64,000 bases of DNA. Source: Candidatus Heimdallarchaeota archaeon (GTDB lineage Archaea; Asgardarchaeota; Heimdallarchaeia; Heimdallarchaeales; Heimdallarchaeaceae). Both the position numbers and the translations under genes were made by a program. Positions 55,775-64,000 of the stretch are shown piece after piece. The first letter of the stretch is position 1; every line of letters begins with the position of its first letter. Location of the stretch: assembly GCA_019057375.1 (NCBI GenBank), contig DXJF01000112.1:1-64000 (forward strand). Reading direction: 5' to 3'. The notes beneath the pieces are model-generated. The model worked only from the letters and a program-made list of their open reading frames with translations, was not told the DNA's origin and made no database searches.

Positions 55775-56995
55775 TTAGAAAATTTCTTCCAACATCTCAT
55801 CAATTGTTTTCTTATACTCCTTCAAAAATTCCGGCAATTCCTTCTTAAATTTCTCTATATCTTGTTTAGTAGCAGGAGGGATCTTATCTCTATTTTCTAA
55901 ATGAAACAAGAAGTTGTAATAATCGCTTCTGTGTATGCTTAATAGAGCATCGTATATTTCTACAAATATTGTAATAACTTCTTCATAAAGATCATTTTCT
56001 TTATATTTTGCAAGAAGATTCTCTCCTGTAGGTGTTTCATAATCTTGAAAGAAATTTTCCAATTCTTTTTTTACCTCTTTAATTCTCTCTGGATCAATCA
56101 TTACGTCTTTAAGTGTCTTATACCAATTTTTTTCAGAATTTGAGTCTGTGAGTGTATCGGAGTGAAGTTTTTCTTTAGCTTCTTTTTCTGCTACCTCTGC
56201 TTTTCTCTTCTCTTCTTCCTTCTTTTTTAATTCAGCCTTCTTTTGATAGAATTTTCTTCTTTTCTCAATGTATTTTTCTAAAGGAAATTCTTTATTGGTT
56301 TGATAAGTTGGGTCTTTCTTCACATATTCATAAGTCGAAATAGCACTATAATGAAGCTCTTTGTTTTCATCAGTACTTTTAATCACTTTAACAAGGAAAT
56401 CAGCAATAGAATTATCAAGGATTTTTTCACCTACAACTTCAATTGGATATAGAATATAATTTTTGAAATGATTACTAGATGTAGAGAAGAAGCTTTCATA
56501 AAAATGCTCTTTAGTATCTTGCCAAATTAACAAAAATTTATCAAAATTTTCTGTTTCATGGATAGTATCAGCATAAATCCTGCCTTTGTCAAATAACTGA
56601 TCAGGCTCCCATTTTAGAAATTCTGCAAGTTTCTCAAATTCTCTAGCAAGATAATAGTTTACCATGTCATGAATGCCAACTCCTTCAAAAAGATACTTAT
56701 TAACAACTTTAAGTACAATTTTTTGTATCTCTTTAGTTCTATTTTCGTTCAAAAATTCTGGGTGATTACTGATTATATTTGAAATACCAATTATACAATA
56801 TGTGAAGAGAAATTCTCTTACATCTTCCTTGTCTATTCCTCCCTCTTCATAATCCATTTTCTGAGATATTTCGATAAATAAATCAAGATCCACATAATCT
56901 TGTGAGGAAGTAAGATAATAGGCTGCAGTAATTTTTTCAAATATGTCTCCAGATTTCAGTTTATCTCTGATGAATATTATAGCATCAGAAGACAT
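55775..56995 (-). CDS. Hypothetical alpha-helical protein (HEAT-like, with charged coiled coil)
   Basis: 406-aa ORF; no catalytic motif recognised. Confidence 0.6.
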   Translation of the reverse strand: MSSDAIIFIRDKLKSGDIFEKITAAYYLTSSQDYVDLDLFIEISQKMDYEEGGIDKEDVREFLFTYCIIGISNIISNHPEFLNENRTKEIQKIVLKVVNKYLFEGVGIHDMVNYYLAREFEKLAEFLKWEPDQLFDKGRIYADTIHETENFDKFLLIWQDTKEHFYESFFSTSSNHFKNYILYPIEVVGEKILDNSIADFLVKVIKSTDENKELHYSAISTYEYVKKDPTYQTNKEFPLEKYIEKRRKFYQKKAELKKKEEEKRKAEVAEKEAKEKLHSDTLTDSNSEKNWYKTLKDVMIDPERIKEVKKELENFFQDYETPTGENLLAKYKENDLYEEVITIFVEIYDALLSIHRSDYYNFLFHLENRDKIPPATKQDIEKFKKELPEFLKEYKKTIDEMLEEIF

Positions 56996-56997
56996 TT

Positions 56998-57390
56998 TTA
57001 AAATTGTTTTACTTTCTTTATCGCTGAATCAAAAATCCAGCTAGTGTCATCGTGTAGATAAAAGAACTTAGTTGATTCAAGCATCAAATAAAAATAGAAG
57101 CTATAGTTGTTAGTTTCTAAAAATTGGTCATAATACTTTTTCGTCCCATAAACTTCGGTACTATATAGATATTTAGCAAAATATTTTGCAGCAGGTTCAC
57201 CAAATTCAATCAAGCTCTCTAATAAAAGTATAAAGTCTTTATAATAAAAATCAAGACCCCATTGGCGACCCCATTGGAAAATTTGTTCAATGAACTTTTT
57301 AATATAGAGAATATGTTCAGGATTATTTTGATCTATTTTTTTGAGCCAATCTTTTGCATCAGTATTTTCATCAAAGGAGAAAGAATCCAT
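56998..57390 (-). CDS. Hypothetical alpha-helical protein
   Basis: 130-aa ORF ending 2 nt before the next start. Confidence 0.55.
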   Translation of the reverse strand: MDSFSFDENTDAKDWLKKIDQNNPEHILYIKKFIEQIFQWGRQWGLDFYYKDFILLLESLIEFGEPAAKYFAKYLYSTEVYGTKKYYDQFLETNNYSFYFYLMLESTKFFYLHDDTSWIFDSAIKKVKQF

Positions 57391-57517
57391 TATAATTCAT
57401 TGTAATTAGATAATATAATTTTTTCTGAAGTGCGATTTCTCTTTAACTCTTATTTAAAATAAAAGTGAACTAATAATCCACACTTACTTAATCGATTATC
57501 AGCAATTTCCTTAATTT

Positions 57518-58789
57518 CTATTCTTTTGGCTTTAAGCTGAATTTAGCAATAAATCCTCCAGTATTGTTTGTTGTTAAAGGATCAAGATAAACTGTTGATT
57601 TATCCAATTCTTTCTCGATTTCCTTATAGTTTTCTGGAGGAGTTCGTGATTCTATTGTTTTAGATTTCTTCAGTTTCCTTATTGTTTCTGGTAACTCTTG
57701 ATTGTCTAAATATGCTTTACTTAGTGTGTTCTGGAATACCTCTTCATTTTCTAAATAGTCAATTGAATGAGTAATGTAAGTAATAGATGCTTTACCATGA
57801 GAGCATCTATATAGTTCTCCGATAAGCTTTTGCTGATTTTCAGAAAACTGTTGCAATCTATCTATACCTAGATTTGATGAGAATACTGGAATTACAGCTG
57901 TTCTTGAGTTTTGAGGTTCGATGAAAAACGATGTATATTTTATCTCAGGTATTTCCCTTACAAATGTAAGAAATGGTCTATGCAAAATTCTAATAGCTTT
58001 GTTCTTTGTTCTATCAACATTCTTCCTAAGAGCTTTGACTTGCATCTCATTCGCTGCTAGAACAGTTATTGGTATTTTGTAATTAGTAATTTCTGAAATG
58101 TAATTAGCTACATCCCCTTTATCAGTAGACATAACCAGAATATTTTCTTTAGAGTCAAATTCCATAGATTTAACTCCAACTGCTTGAGTAGGAGACATTA
58201 TACTGAAAAATCCTCTTCTATATTCCCTTAGTTCTGTTATAGGAGGAGCATAAGCCAAAGAACTTGACACCTTTACTACAGCCTTTTGAGTAAGTCTTGT
58301 TATTTCACTACTTTTTACTTGAGTCTTTCCAACTGCTAGAATATTGTTTACATAATCTGCTATACAAACTGTTTCTCCAGAATCAAATTCATCATGATTC
58401 ATAATATTAGCAGTCTGAACATCTCTCCCTAAAGCAATGTTTGTAGTAGATTCATGATCTACCCTTATAATAGGTAAATCTCTAGAATATCCAGACAACT
58501 CTTTTTTCTGCACTTCAACTTCTATAAAATCATCAAAAAAAGGATGCTTACGAGCAATGTACCCCTTTTCTTCAAAGATGTCAAAGAGAGAGTAATAATC
58601 TATTTTTCTTATATTTACTTGAACCCACATTGAATTGTAAGGTGATCTAAGCCCATCTAACAATTCTAGCGTTTTGCTTAAATCAAAAACCTCAAGCCAA
58701 TGATTCAGCAGACTAGCTGAGTATTGAAATTTCTTCATTAAATCAGCTGAAAGAAGATTATTTTCGTCTTGGCTCTCTGTGGGTTTCAT
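57518..58789 (-). CDS. RsmB/NOP2/NSUN-family protein with PUA domain, catalytic cysteines absent
   Basis: N-terminal NOP2-like region, PUA-like insert, and motif remnants IEPQNSRT (for DxPCSG) and YITHS..LENE (for YSTCS..ENE). Confidence 0.8.
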   Translation of the reverse strand: MKPTESQDENNLLSADLMKKFQYSASLLNHWLEVFDLSKTLELLDGLRSPYNSMWVQVNIRKIDYYSLFDIFEEKGYIARKHPFFDDFIEVEVQKKELSGYSRDLPIIRVDHESTTNIALGRDVQTANIMNHDEFDSGETVCIADYVNNILAVGKTQVKSSEITRLTQKAVVKVSSSLAYAPPITELREYRRGFFSIMSPTQAVGVKSMEFDSKENILVMSTDKGDVANYISEITNYKIPITVLAANEMQVKALRKNVDRTKNKAIRILHRPFLTFVREIPEIKYTSFFIEPQNSRTAVIPVFSSNLGIDRLQQFSENQQKLIGELYRCSHGKASITYITHSIDYLENEEVFQNTLSKAYLDNQELPETIRKLKKSKTIESRTPPENYKEIEKELDKSTVYLDPLTTNNTGGFIAKFSLKPKE

Positions 58790-58906
58790 TCTGATAAGAG
58801 ATTTCCTAATTTAAGCTTTAAGAATATTATCAAAATAGTGTTACTTTTCATCTCCAAAACACAAAATTGAAAAAAGAGCTAGTAAAGTCAAGTTAGAGGT
58901 TAATAG

Positions 58907-59416
58907 ATGGAGCAATCTGTTACTGTACGGTTAGCTGAATTAAGTGATATTAATGACATCATTAAGATTAACAGGCTCTGTCTTCCAGAAAACTATTCCT
59001 TTGATTTCTTTTATCGTATTCTTAAAGAATATGGCTTTGCATGTGTTATTGGAGAAGTAGAAGGAAAAGTTATAGGTTATGCGCTTTCCAGACTGGAAAG
59101 ACCTTTTTCTACCTTCATAGGTTTAAGCGCATCTAAAGGTCATGTGATTTCAATTGCAGTTATTCCTAATCATAGAAAGAAAGGTCATGGGACTAAGATT
59201 ATGAAATATGGAATACAAAAACTAATCGAACATGGTGTGGATACAATCTACTTGGAAGTTCGAGTATCGAATGTAGCAGCAGTTGAGATGTATAAGAAAT
59301 TGGGTTTCTATATTAAAAGGGAGTTCAAACATTATTATAGAGATGGCGAATCTGCTTTTGTAATGGAATGGGGAAGAAAACAAGAAGCTGAAGAAGCTGA
59401 AAATGCTGAAAATTAA
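58907..59416 (+). CDS. ard1: N-terminal protein acetyltransferase, Ard1/Naa10(RimI)-type
   Basis: NRLCLPENY, GHVISIAV, RKKGHG, LEVRVSN..A..MY..LGF, YYRDGE. Confidence 0.92.
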   Translation: MEQSVTVRLAELSDINDIIKINRLCLPENYSFDFFYRILKEYGFACVIGEVEGKVIGYALSRLERPFSTFIGLSASKGHVISIAVIPNHRKKGHGTKIMKYGIQKLIEHGVDTIYLEVRVSNVAAVEMYKKLGFYIKREFKHYYRDGESAFVMEWGRKQEAEEAENAEN

Positions 59417-59499
59417 TTCTTTTTTTACTGTTTCGACAAAGTTGATTCTATGTAATAATGAAATATATATAGTGAAATAATATTGTAGAAACAATCAAA

Positions 59500-62400
59500 A
59501 TGACTCTCCATTACTTAGATGAACCTTCAACCTCAGCAGATATTTATTCCTTCTTAGCTGATGAAATCAAAGATTGGTTTACATCTAAGTTTCCAGGAGG
59601 GTTCACTCTTCCTCAACTTTATGCTATACCTTCTATTCATGATAGAAGAAACACACTAGTATTCAGTTCTACAGGATCTGGCAAAACCTTTGCCGCTTTC
59701 CTTTCAGCAATAAATGAGCTATTTATAGAAGCAAAGGACGGCAATCTAAAGGATGAGATTTATGTTTTATATATCTCCCCACTTAAAGCTCTTGGTAATG
59801 ATATCAGAAAAAATCTTGAAGAGCCACTACAAGGAATTCAGGAGTTAGCAGCTGCAAATAAACTAGTAACACCTAAGATAAGAGTAGGTGTAAGAACAGG
59901 AGATACGACTCAAGCAGAAAGAACCAAAATGCTCAAAACCCCACCTCATATTTTGATAACTACCCCTGAAAGCTTAGGACTTATATTAACATCTCCAAAG
60001 TTTTCGTTGCACTTAAAGAGTGTTCGTTGGTTGGTTCTGGATGAGATTCATGAAGTTAGCTCGAATAAAAGAGGAGTAATGCTTTCACTCTTTCTTTCGT
60101 ACCTACAGCAAGAAGTTGCAGAAAGAGAAATCACTAGAATTGGCTTGTCTGCAACTCAAGCTCCCATAGAGGAGATTGCTAGATTTCTGGTGGGAAGCAA
60201 TGATAATTTTCAGGAAAAAGATTGTTATATAGCTAATCTCCCACCACAGAGGAAACTTGACTTGGAAGTAAAGAGTCCAGTTAATGATATACTCCATACT
60301 CCCTACGTTATTATTCAAGAAGGAATATATGCTATCTTAGCTGATTTAATATTAGATCATGAAACATCCATAGTTTTCACAAACACACGAAGAGGGTCCG
60401 AGAATGTAGCATTCCGACTAAAGGAATATCTTGGAGATGAATACGCTTCTGCAATTGCTGTTCATCACTCTAGCCTTTCTAGAGAAATCCGCTTAGATGT
60501 TGAAGATAGATTGAAGAATAATGAATTACTTGCGGCAATAACATCAACTTCTCTTGAATTAGGTATAGACATAGGAAGTGTAGAACTTGTATCTCAAATA
60601 GGGTCACCAAAGACTGTTGCAAAGTATTTGCAGAGGGTTGGACGAAGTGGTCATTCACTAGATAGAATAGCAAAGGGGAGACTGATTACAACTGATAGAG
60701 ATGACGCTATTGAATGTGCAGTTCTAACCAAAAGTGCTTATAGCAGAGAGATAGATAAAGTTCAGATTCCTATCAACTGTTTGGATGTTCTTGCTCAATT
60801 TATTGTGGGTATATCTCTTATGAAGAGATGGGGTGTTGAAGAAGCATTTGATATGATAAGAAAATCATACAACTACAAAGCTCTTGATTTTGATGATTAT
60901 ATTAACGTATTAGAATATCTAGGAGGGTACAATCTCGATGTAGAAGAGAGAAAAATCTATAGAAAGATATGGTATGATGACAAAGAAAAAGCATTTGGAA
61001 AGAAGAGAGGTTCTAGATTGGTTTTTTACACTAATATAGGGACCATTCCAGAAAATGCTGATTATCGAGTTGAATTAGAAACTTATAGAACAAGAATAGG
61101 TGTTCTTTCTGAAAGTTTCGTTGAACGATTGACACCAGGGGATATTTTCGTATTAGGTAGTCATACTTACCAGTTTAGAAGGACAGTGGGTTCCAGAGTT
61201 GTTGTTGCAGAAGCTTTTGGAAGAAGACCTACTATACCTAATTGGGTTGGTGAGGAACTCCCTAGGTCTTTTGAATTATCGCAACAGATTGGGCGATTCA
61301 TTGATGCCGTTTCAAAGAAAATACAAAAAGAAGATGAAAGCCAAGTAAGAGATTGGATTGAAAGATCATTTCAAGTCGACGATATTATATCGAAATCAAT
61401 TGTTGAATATGTTAAAGAACAAATGATGCTTCTCAATGTTACTCCAAGTGACAAAAAACTATTGATAGAATCTTATATTGATCCACAAGGTAGAATGGTT
61501 TTAGTTTTTCATGCTTATTATGGTAGGAGGGTAAATGATGCATTATCAAGGGCTTATGCATATACTATAGGAAAAGCTATTGATTCTGACATTGGATCAG
61601 CTGTTAATGATAACGGTTTCTTGTTAATGCTTCCCATAGACAAAATAATCGACACTTCCATTGTTCCTGAACTATTGTCTTCTGTTAATTTGGAGGAGAT
61701 TCTTAAACAAGCAATAATTAACACAGAACTATTTGTTAACAGATTTCGTCATGTTGCAAATAGAGCATTTATGGTTCTAAGAAGAAGTGGTGAAAAACAT
61801 ATTTCTGTATCTAGACAAAGCATGTATGCTAGAAGAATATTCTCAACACTTCGGGACCAAGACAGTTTTTGTGTAATAAAAGAAACTTATCGGGAGATAT
61901 TAAAAGATTACATGGATTTGGCAAATTGTTTAGTAGTTTTAGCAAAATTGCAAAAGGGTGAATTTGAATATCATATCACTCCCTTGTCAGATATCCCTAG
62001 TCCATTTGCTCATGGAATTGTTCTATTGGGTATTTCAGACATAGTCCAGATTTCAGATAGAAGTGCTTTATTAAGAGAGCTACATCAACAGGTTCTAGCG
62101 AAAGTTTTTGGAAAGGAAGGATCTAAAGAAATATTATTTAACACAGAATTAGTTGAGAGGATTTTCAACAATCGAAGCTATAAGAACACTGATCTCCCCA
62201 TTTCTTCTCTCAAGCAATTAAAGAACGCTGTAAAAGCTTTAGCACCAATTAAAACAACAGATAGTGTGAATCCAAGCATCTATCATCACAGTATTACTGA
62301 TGCAAAACAGATAAGAGCGTGGTCTTTGGCTTTACACAATAATCGAGAACTAATAGAAGTTAATATTGCTAGAGGAGATAGAAGATCCATACCAATTACA

Positions 62401-64000
62401 GATTTTCAGTTATTTTGGAATCTTTATCTTAAATCAATTGAGAAAACTGAATTTGATGAGAAAATTCTGAAACTAATTAATGATGTTCATCCTATTTCTC
62501 TAAATAAAATAGCTGAAGAACTTAAGGAAGAGACAAGAACTGTTCAGATACATCTAGAAAAATTAGAAAAAGCTATGTTGATAGCTCGTGTTGAATATGA
62601 GCTATATGGTGGGGGAATTCGATCAAAATATGCACCAATAAGTAAAGTCGTTCCTGAACCTCTACTTCAAGAAGCAAAGAAGCTTGATCCTGAAGAATGT
62701 TTAAAGAAGATTATCCTTCGTTTCTTAAAAGTACATGGACCATCTAGTATGCTTCAAATAGCTGAATATTTGAGAATCGAAGAGGAGAAACTTGTACGAG
62801 CTTTGACTGAACTTGAACAGAAAAATCGAATACTAAAAGGAAGAATTACTGAATCTTCTGTTGACCTACAATACATTCGTTTAGAAGATAGAGAATTACT
62901 TCGGAATCTCAGTAATCGAAAACCAGATTCGATAATATTAACATCTGAAGATTTGAACTATATGCATTATAATTTCGCAGTTGAGAGCATATTTGGTGAG
63001 AATTTACAGGGAAAAGAGAGCGTTCTTAATCTCCTGAATCGCTTTGGTTCGATTGAGGATTTAAGTTCATTATCTGTTAGAATAAATGACTTTGATCTTG
63101 ATTGGATAAGAGATTTAATTGAAAAAAATGAACTTATCAAGGGAAGATTCAGTCACAAAAGATTATCTTTTGTAAGCAGAGAAATGTTCCCATACTATTA
63201 TGTTGCTTATAGAGAACCATTTAATCTCTCTAGATCTGAAGAAAAAATACTTTCAACAATAAGAAAGTACGGACCACTAACAAAAAGAGAAATTATAGAA
63301 TTTACAGAAATGGATGGAGATATAATTCAAGAAAACTTGACGATCCTTGATAGAACGCTGTATTTAGTTCGAAAATCAGTATCTCAAGAGTCTTTTATTC
63401 CCAAACAATTTGTTCCTAATGTTTATGAAATATCTGAACGATATTTTGCTGTAGATAAACTTCCTTCATTTGAAAAGAGTCAAGAGTTCATTCTTTTGCA
63501 AGCTATTGAATCTCTAGGTCCTGTCTCTCTGGTAGAGTTAACCCATCTAATTGGTTTCAGATATAGCAATATCGAGAAATTGATTAAGAATCTGTTAAGC
63601 AAAAAGAAAATTATTGAGAGAAAACTAACTGAAAGAGAAACTAATTACTATATGACACCTGAAAGATTCAAAGACATTGGTCAAATAAAAAATAATCTGA
63701 TAAACATGGCGTTGAAGGAGGATGAAAGAATAGTAATACTTCCTAAGAATGATCCCTTCACTAGATTAGGGATGCGCTTACATTTACGTGATATTTATGG
63801 GGAAGGACAAATTGATCCCATTTTACTAGATGGTGAGATGGTGGGATCAGTTGAATATAAACTTCATAAAGGACAATATTTACAGATTTATGACTTGAAG
63901 CTAAAAGATGAAGTAGCTTTTCATTCAGTCACCCTTCAGAAAATTGCATCTGAATTAGTTTCATATACCAGAAAGATTCATAGAGTCTTGAGTCTTCAGA
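59500..64000 (+). CDS. lhr: Lhr-family SF2 helicase with long C-terminal wHTH/AlkZ-YcaQ-like extension (3' end beyond window)
   Basis: Hand-translated frame open from ATG 59500 to the window end (1500 codons): STGSGKT, SPLKAL, RTGD, TTPES, DEIH (60040), LSAT, HHSSLS, SLELGID, QRVGRSGH, PSPFA. Absent from the ORF track because there is no stop in the window. Confidence 0.95.
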   Translation, partial: MTLHYLDEPSTSADIYSFLADEIKDWFTSKFPGGFTLPQLYAIPSIHDRRNTLVFSSTGSGKTFAAFLSAINELFIEAKDGNLKDEIYVLYISPLKALGNDIRKNLEEPLQGIQELAAANKLVTPKIRVGVRTGDTTQAERTKMLKTPPHILITTPESLGLILTSPKFSLHLKSVRWLVLDEIHEVSSNKRGVMLSLFLSYLQQEVAEREITRIGLSATQAPIEEIARFLVGSNDNFQEKDCYIANLPPQRKLDLEVKSPVNDILHTPYVIIQEGIYAILADLILDHETSIVFTNTRRGSENVAFRLKEYLGDEYASAIAVHHSSLSREIRLDVEDRLKNNELLAAITSTSLELGIDIGSVELVSQIGSPKTVAKYLQRVGRSGHSLDRIAKGRLITTDRDDAIECAVLTKSAYSREIDKVQIPINCLDVLAQFIVGISLMKRWGVEEAFDMIRKSYNYKALDFDDYINVLEYLGGYNLDVEERKIYRKIWYDDKEKAFGKKRGSRLVFYTNIGTIPENADYRVELETYRTRIGVLSESFVERLTPGDIFVLGSHTYQFRRTVGSRVVVAEAFGRRPTIPNWVGEELPRSFELSQQIGRFIDAVSKKIQKEDESQVRDWIERSFQVDDIISKSIVEYVKEQMMLLNVTPSDKKLLIESYIDPQGRMVLVFHAYYGRRVNDALSRAYAYTIGKAIDSDIGSAVNDNGFLLMLPIDKIIDTSIVPELLSSVNLEEILKQAIINTELFVNRFRHVANRAFMVLRRSGEKHISVSRQSMYARRIFSTLRDQDSFCVIKETYREILKDYMDLANCLVVLAKLQKGEFEYHITPLSDIPSPFAHGIVLLGISDIVQISDRSALLRELHQQVLAKVFGKEGSKEILFNTELVERIFNNRSYKNTDLPISSLKQLKNAVKALAPIKTTDSVNPSIYHHSITDAKQIRAWSLALHNNRELIEVNIARGDRRSIPITDFQLFWNLYLKSIEKTEFDEKILKLINDVHPISLNKIAEELKEETRTVQIHLEKLEKAMLIARVEYELYGGGIRSKYAPISKVVPEPLLQEAKKLDPEECLKKIILRFLKVHGPSSMLQIAEYLRIEEEKLVRALTELEQKNRILKGRITESSVDLQYIRLEDRELLRNLSNRKPDSIILTSEDLNYMHYNFAVESIFGENLQGKESVLNLLNRFGSIEDLSSLSVRINDFDLDWIRDLIEKNELIKGRFSHKRLSFVSREMFPYYYVAYREPFNLSRSEEKILSTIRKYGPLTKREIIEFTEMDGDIIQENLTILDRTLYLVRKSVSQESFIPKQFVPNVYEISERYFAVDKLPSFEKSQEFILLQAIESLGPVSLVELTHLIGFRYSNIEKLIKNLLSKKKIIERKLTERETNYYMTPERFKDIGQIKNNLINMALKEDERIVILPKNDPFTRLGMRLHLRDIYGEGQIDPILLDGEMVGSVEYKLHKGQYLQIYDLKLKDEVAFHSVTLQKIASELVSYTRKIHRVLSLQ

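Noticed and set aside
435-60673. Many short antisense or overlapping ORFs in the track (e.g. 435-620, 3610-3879, 7862-8212, 14025-14381, 15683-16054, 16199-16504, 29062-29370, 46183-46416, 60103-60318)
   Set aside because: They lie inside well-supported genes on the other strand or frame and have no recognisable motifs. They are treated as shadow ORFs.
59500-64000. Apparent 4.5-kb ORF-free region in the supplied track
   Set aside because: Hand translation shows a continuous Lhr frame. It is missing from the track only because its stop lies beyond the window.
1-64000. tRNA or rRNA genes
   Set aside because: I saw no GC-rich cloverleaf, T-loop (GTTCRA) context or rRNA-like stretch in any intergenic region. 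A tRNAscan-SE/barrnap run would confirm this.

Overview
AT-rich archaeal chromosome segment, most likely from an Asgard archaeon (Heimdallarchaeia-like). This is inferred from class I LysRS, Rpl44e, RpoK, a geranylgeranyl reductase and a Sec11-type peptidase occurring together with Arf-like GTPases and longin/DENN-like proteins. From left to right the window holds: (1) a large TnpB with a Fanzor-like rearranged RuvC site, flanked on both sides by hairpin-rich non-coding DNA and abutting an unannotated gene remnant; (2) a ~12 kb minus-strand operon korDABC - mvhD/flxD - flxCBA - hdrA - hdrC - hdrB - SdhB/TfrB-like - SdhA/TfrA-like, a candidate electron-bifurcating NADH:(ferredoxin + fumarate) module co-encoded with a 2-oxoacid:ferredoxin oxidoreductase; (3) housekeeping genes mixed with eukaryotic-signature-like genes; (4) two tandem box C/D-like small RNAs missing from the ORF track, one with a guide matching the LSU rRNA site equivalent to yeast Am2946; (5) two tandem cellulose-synthase-like GT2 genes, a GT-C-fold glycosyltransferase and two FtsX-type permeases; (6) a longin-7TM fusion, ahcY, an orphan pilin, a Sec11 peptidase with a possible SPCS3/Spc3-like C-terminal fusion, sucCD, rpl44e, rpoK, an Arf GTPase, a NOP2/NSUN-family protein lacking both catalytic cysteines, an Ard1 acetyltransferase, and a >=1500-codon Lhr helicase with an AlkZ/YcaQ-like C-terminal extension that runs off the window end. 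I found no rRNA, tRNA or CRISPR array. All family calls come from motifs recognised by eye; no database searches were run.
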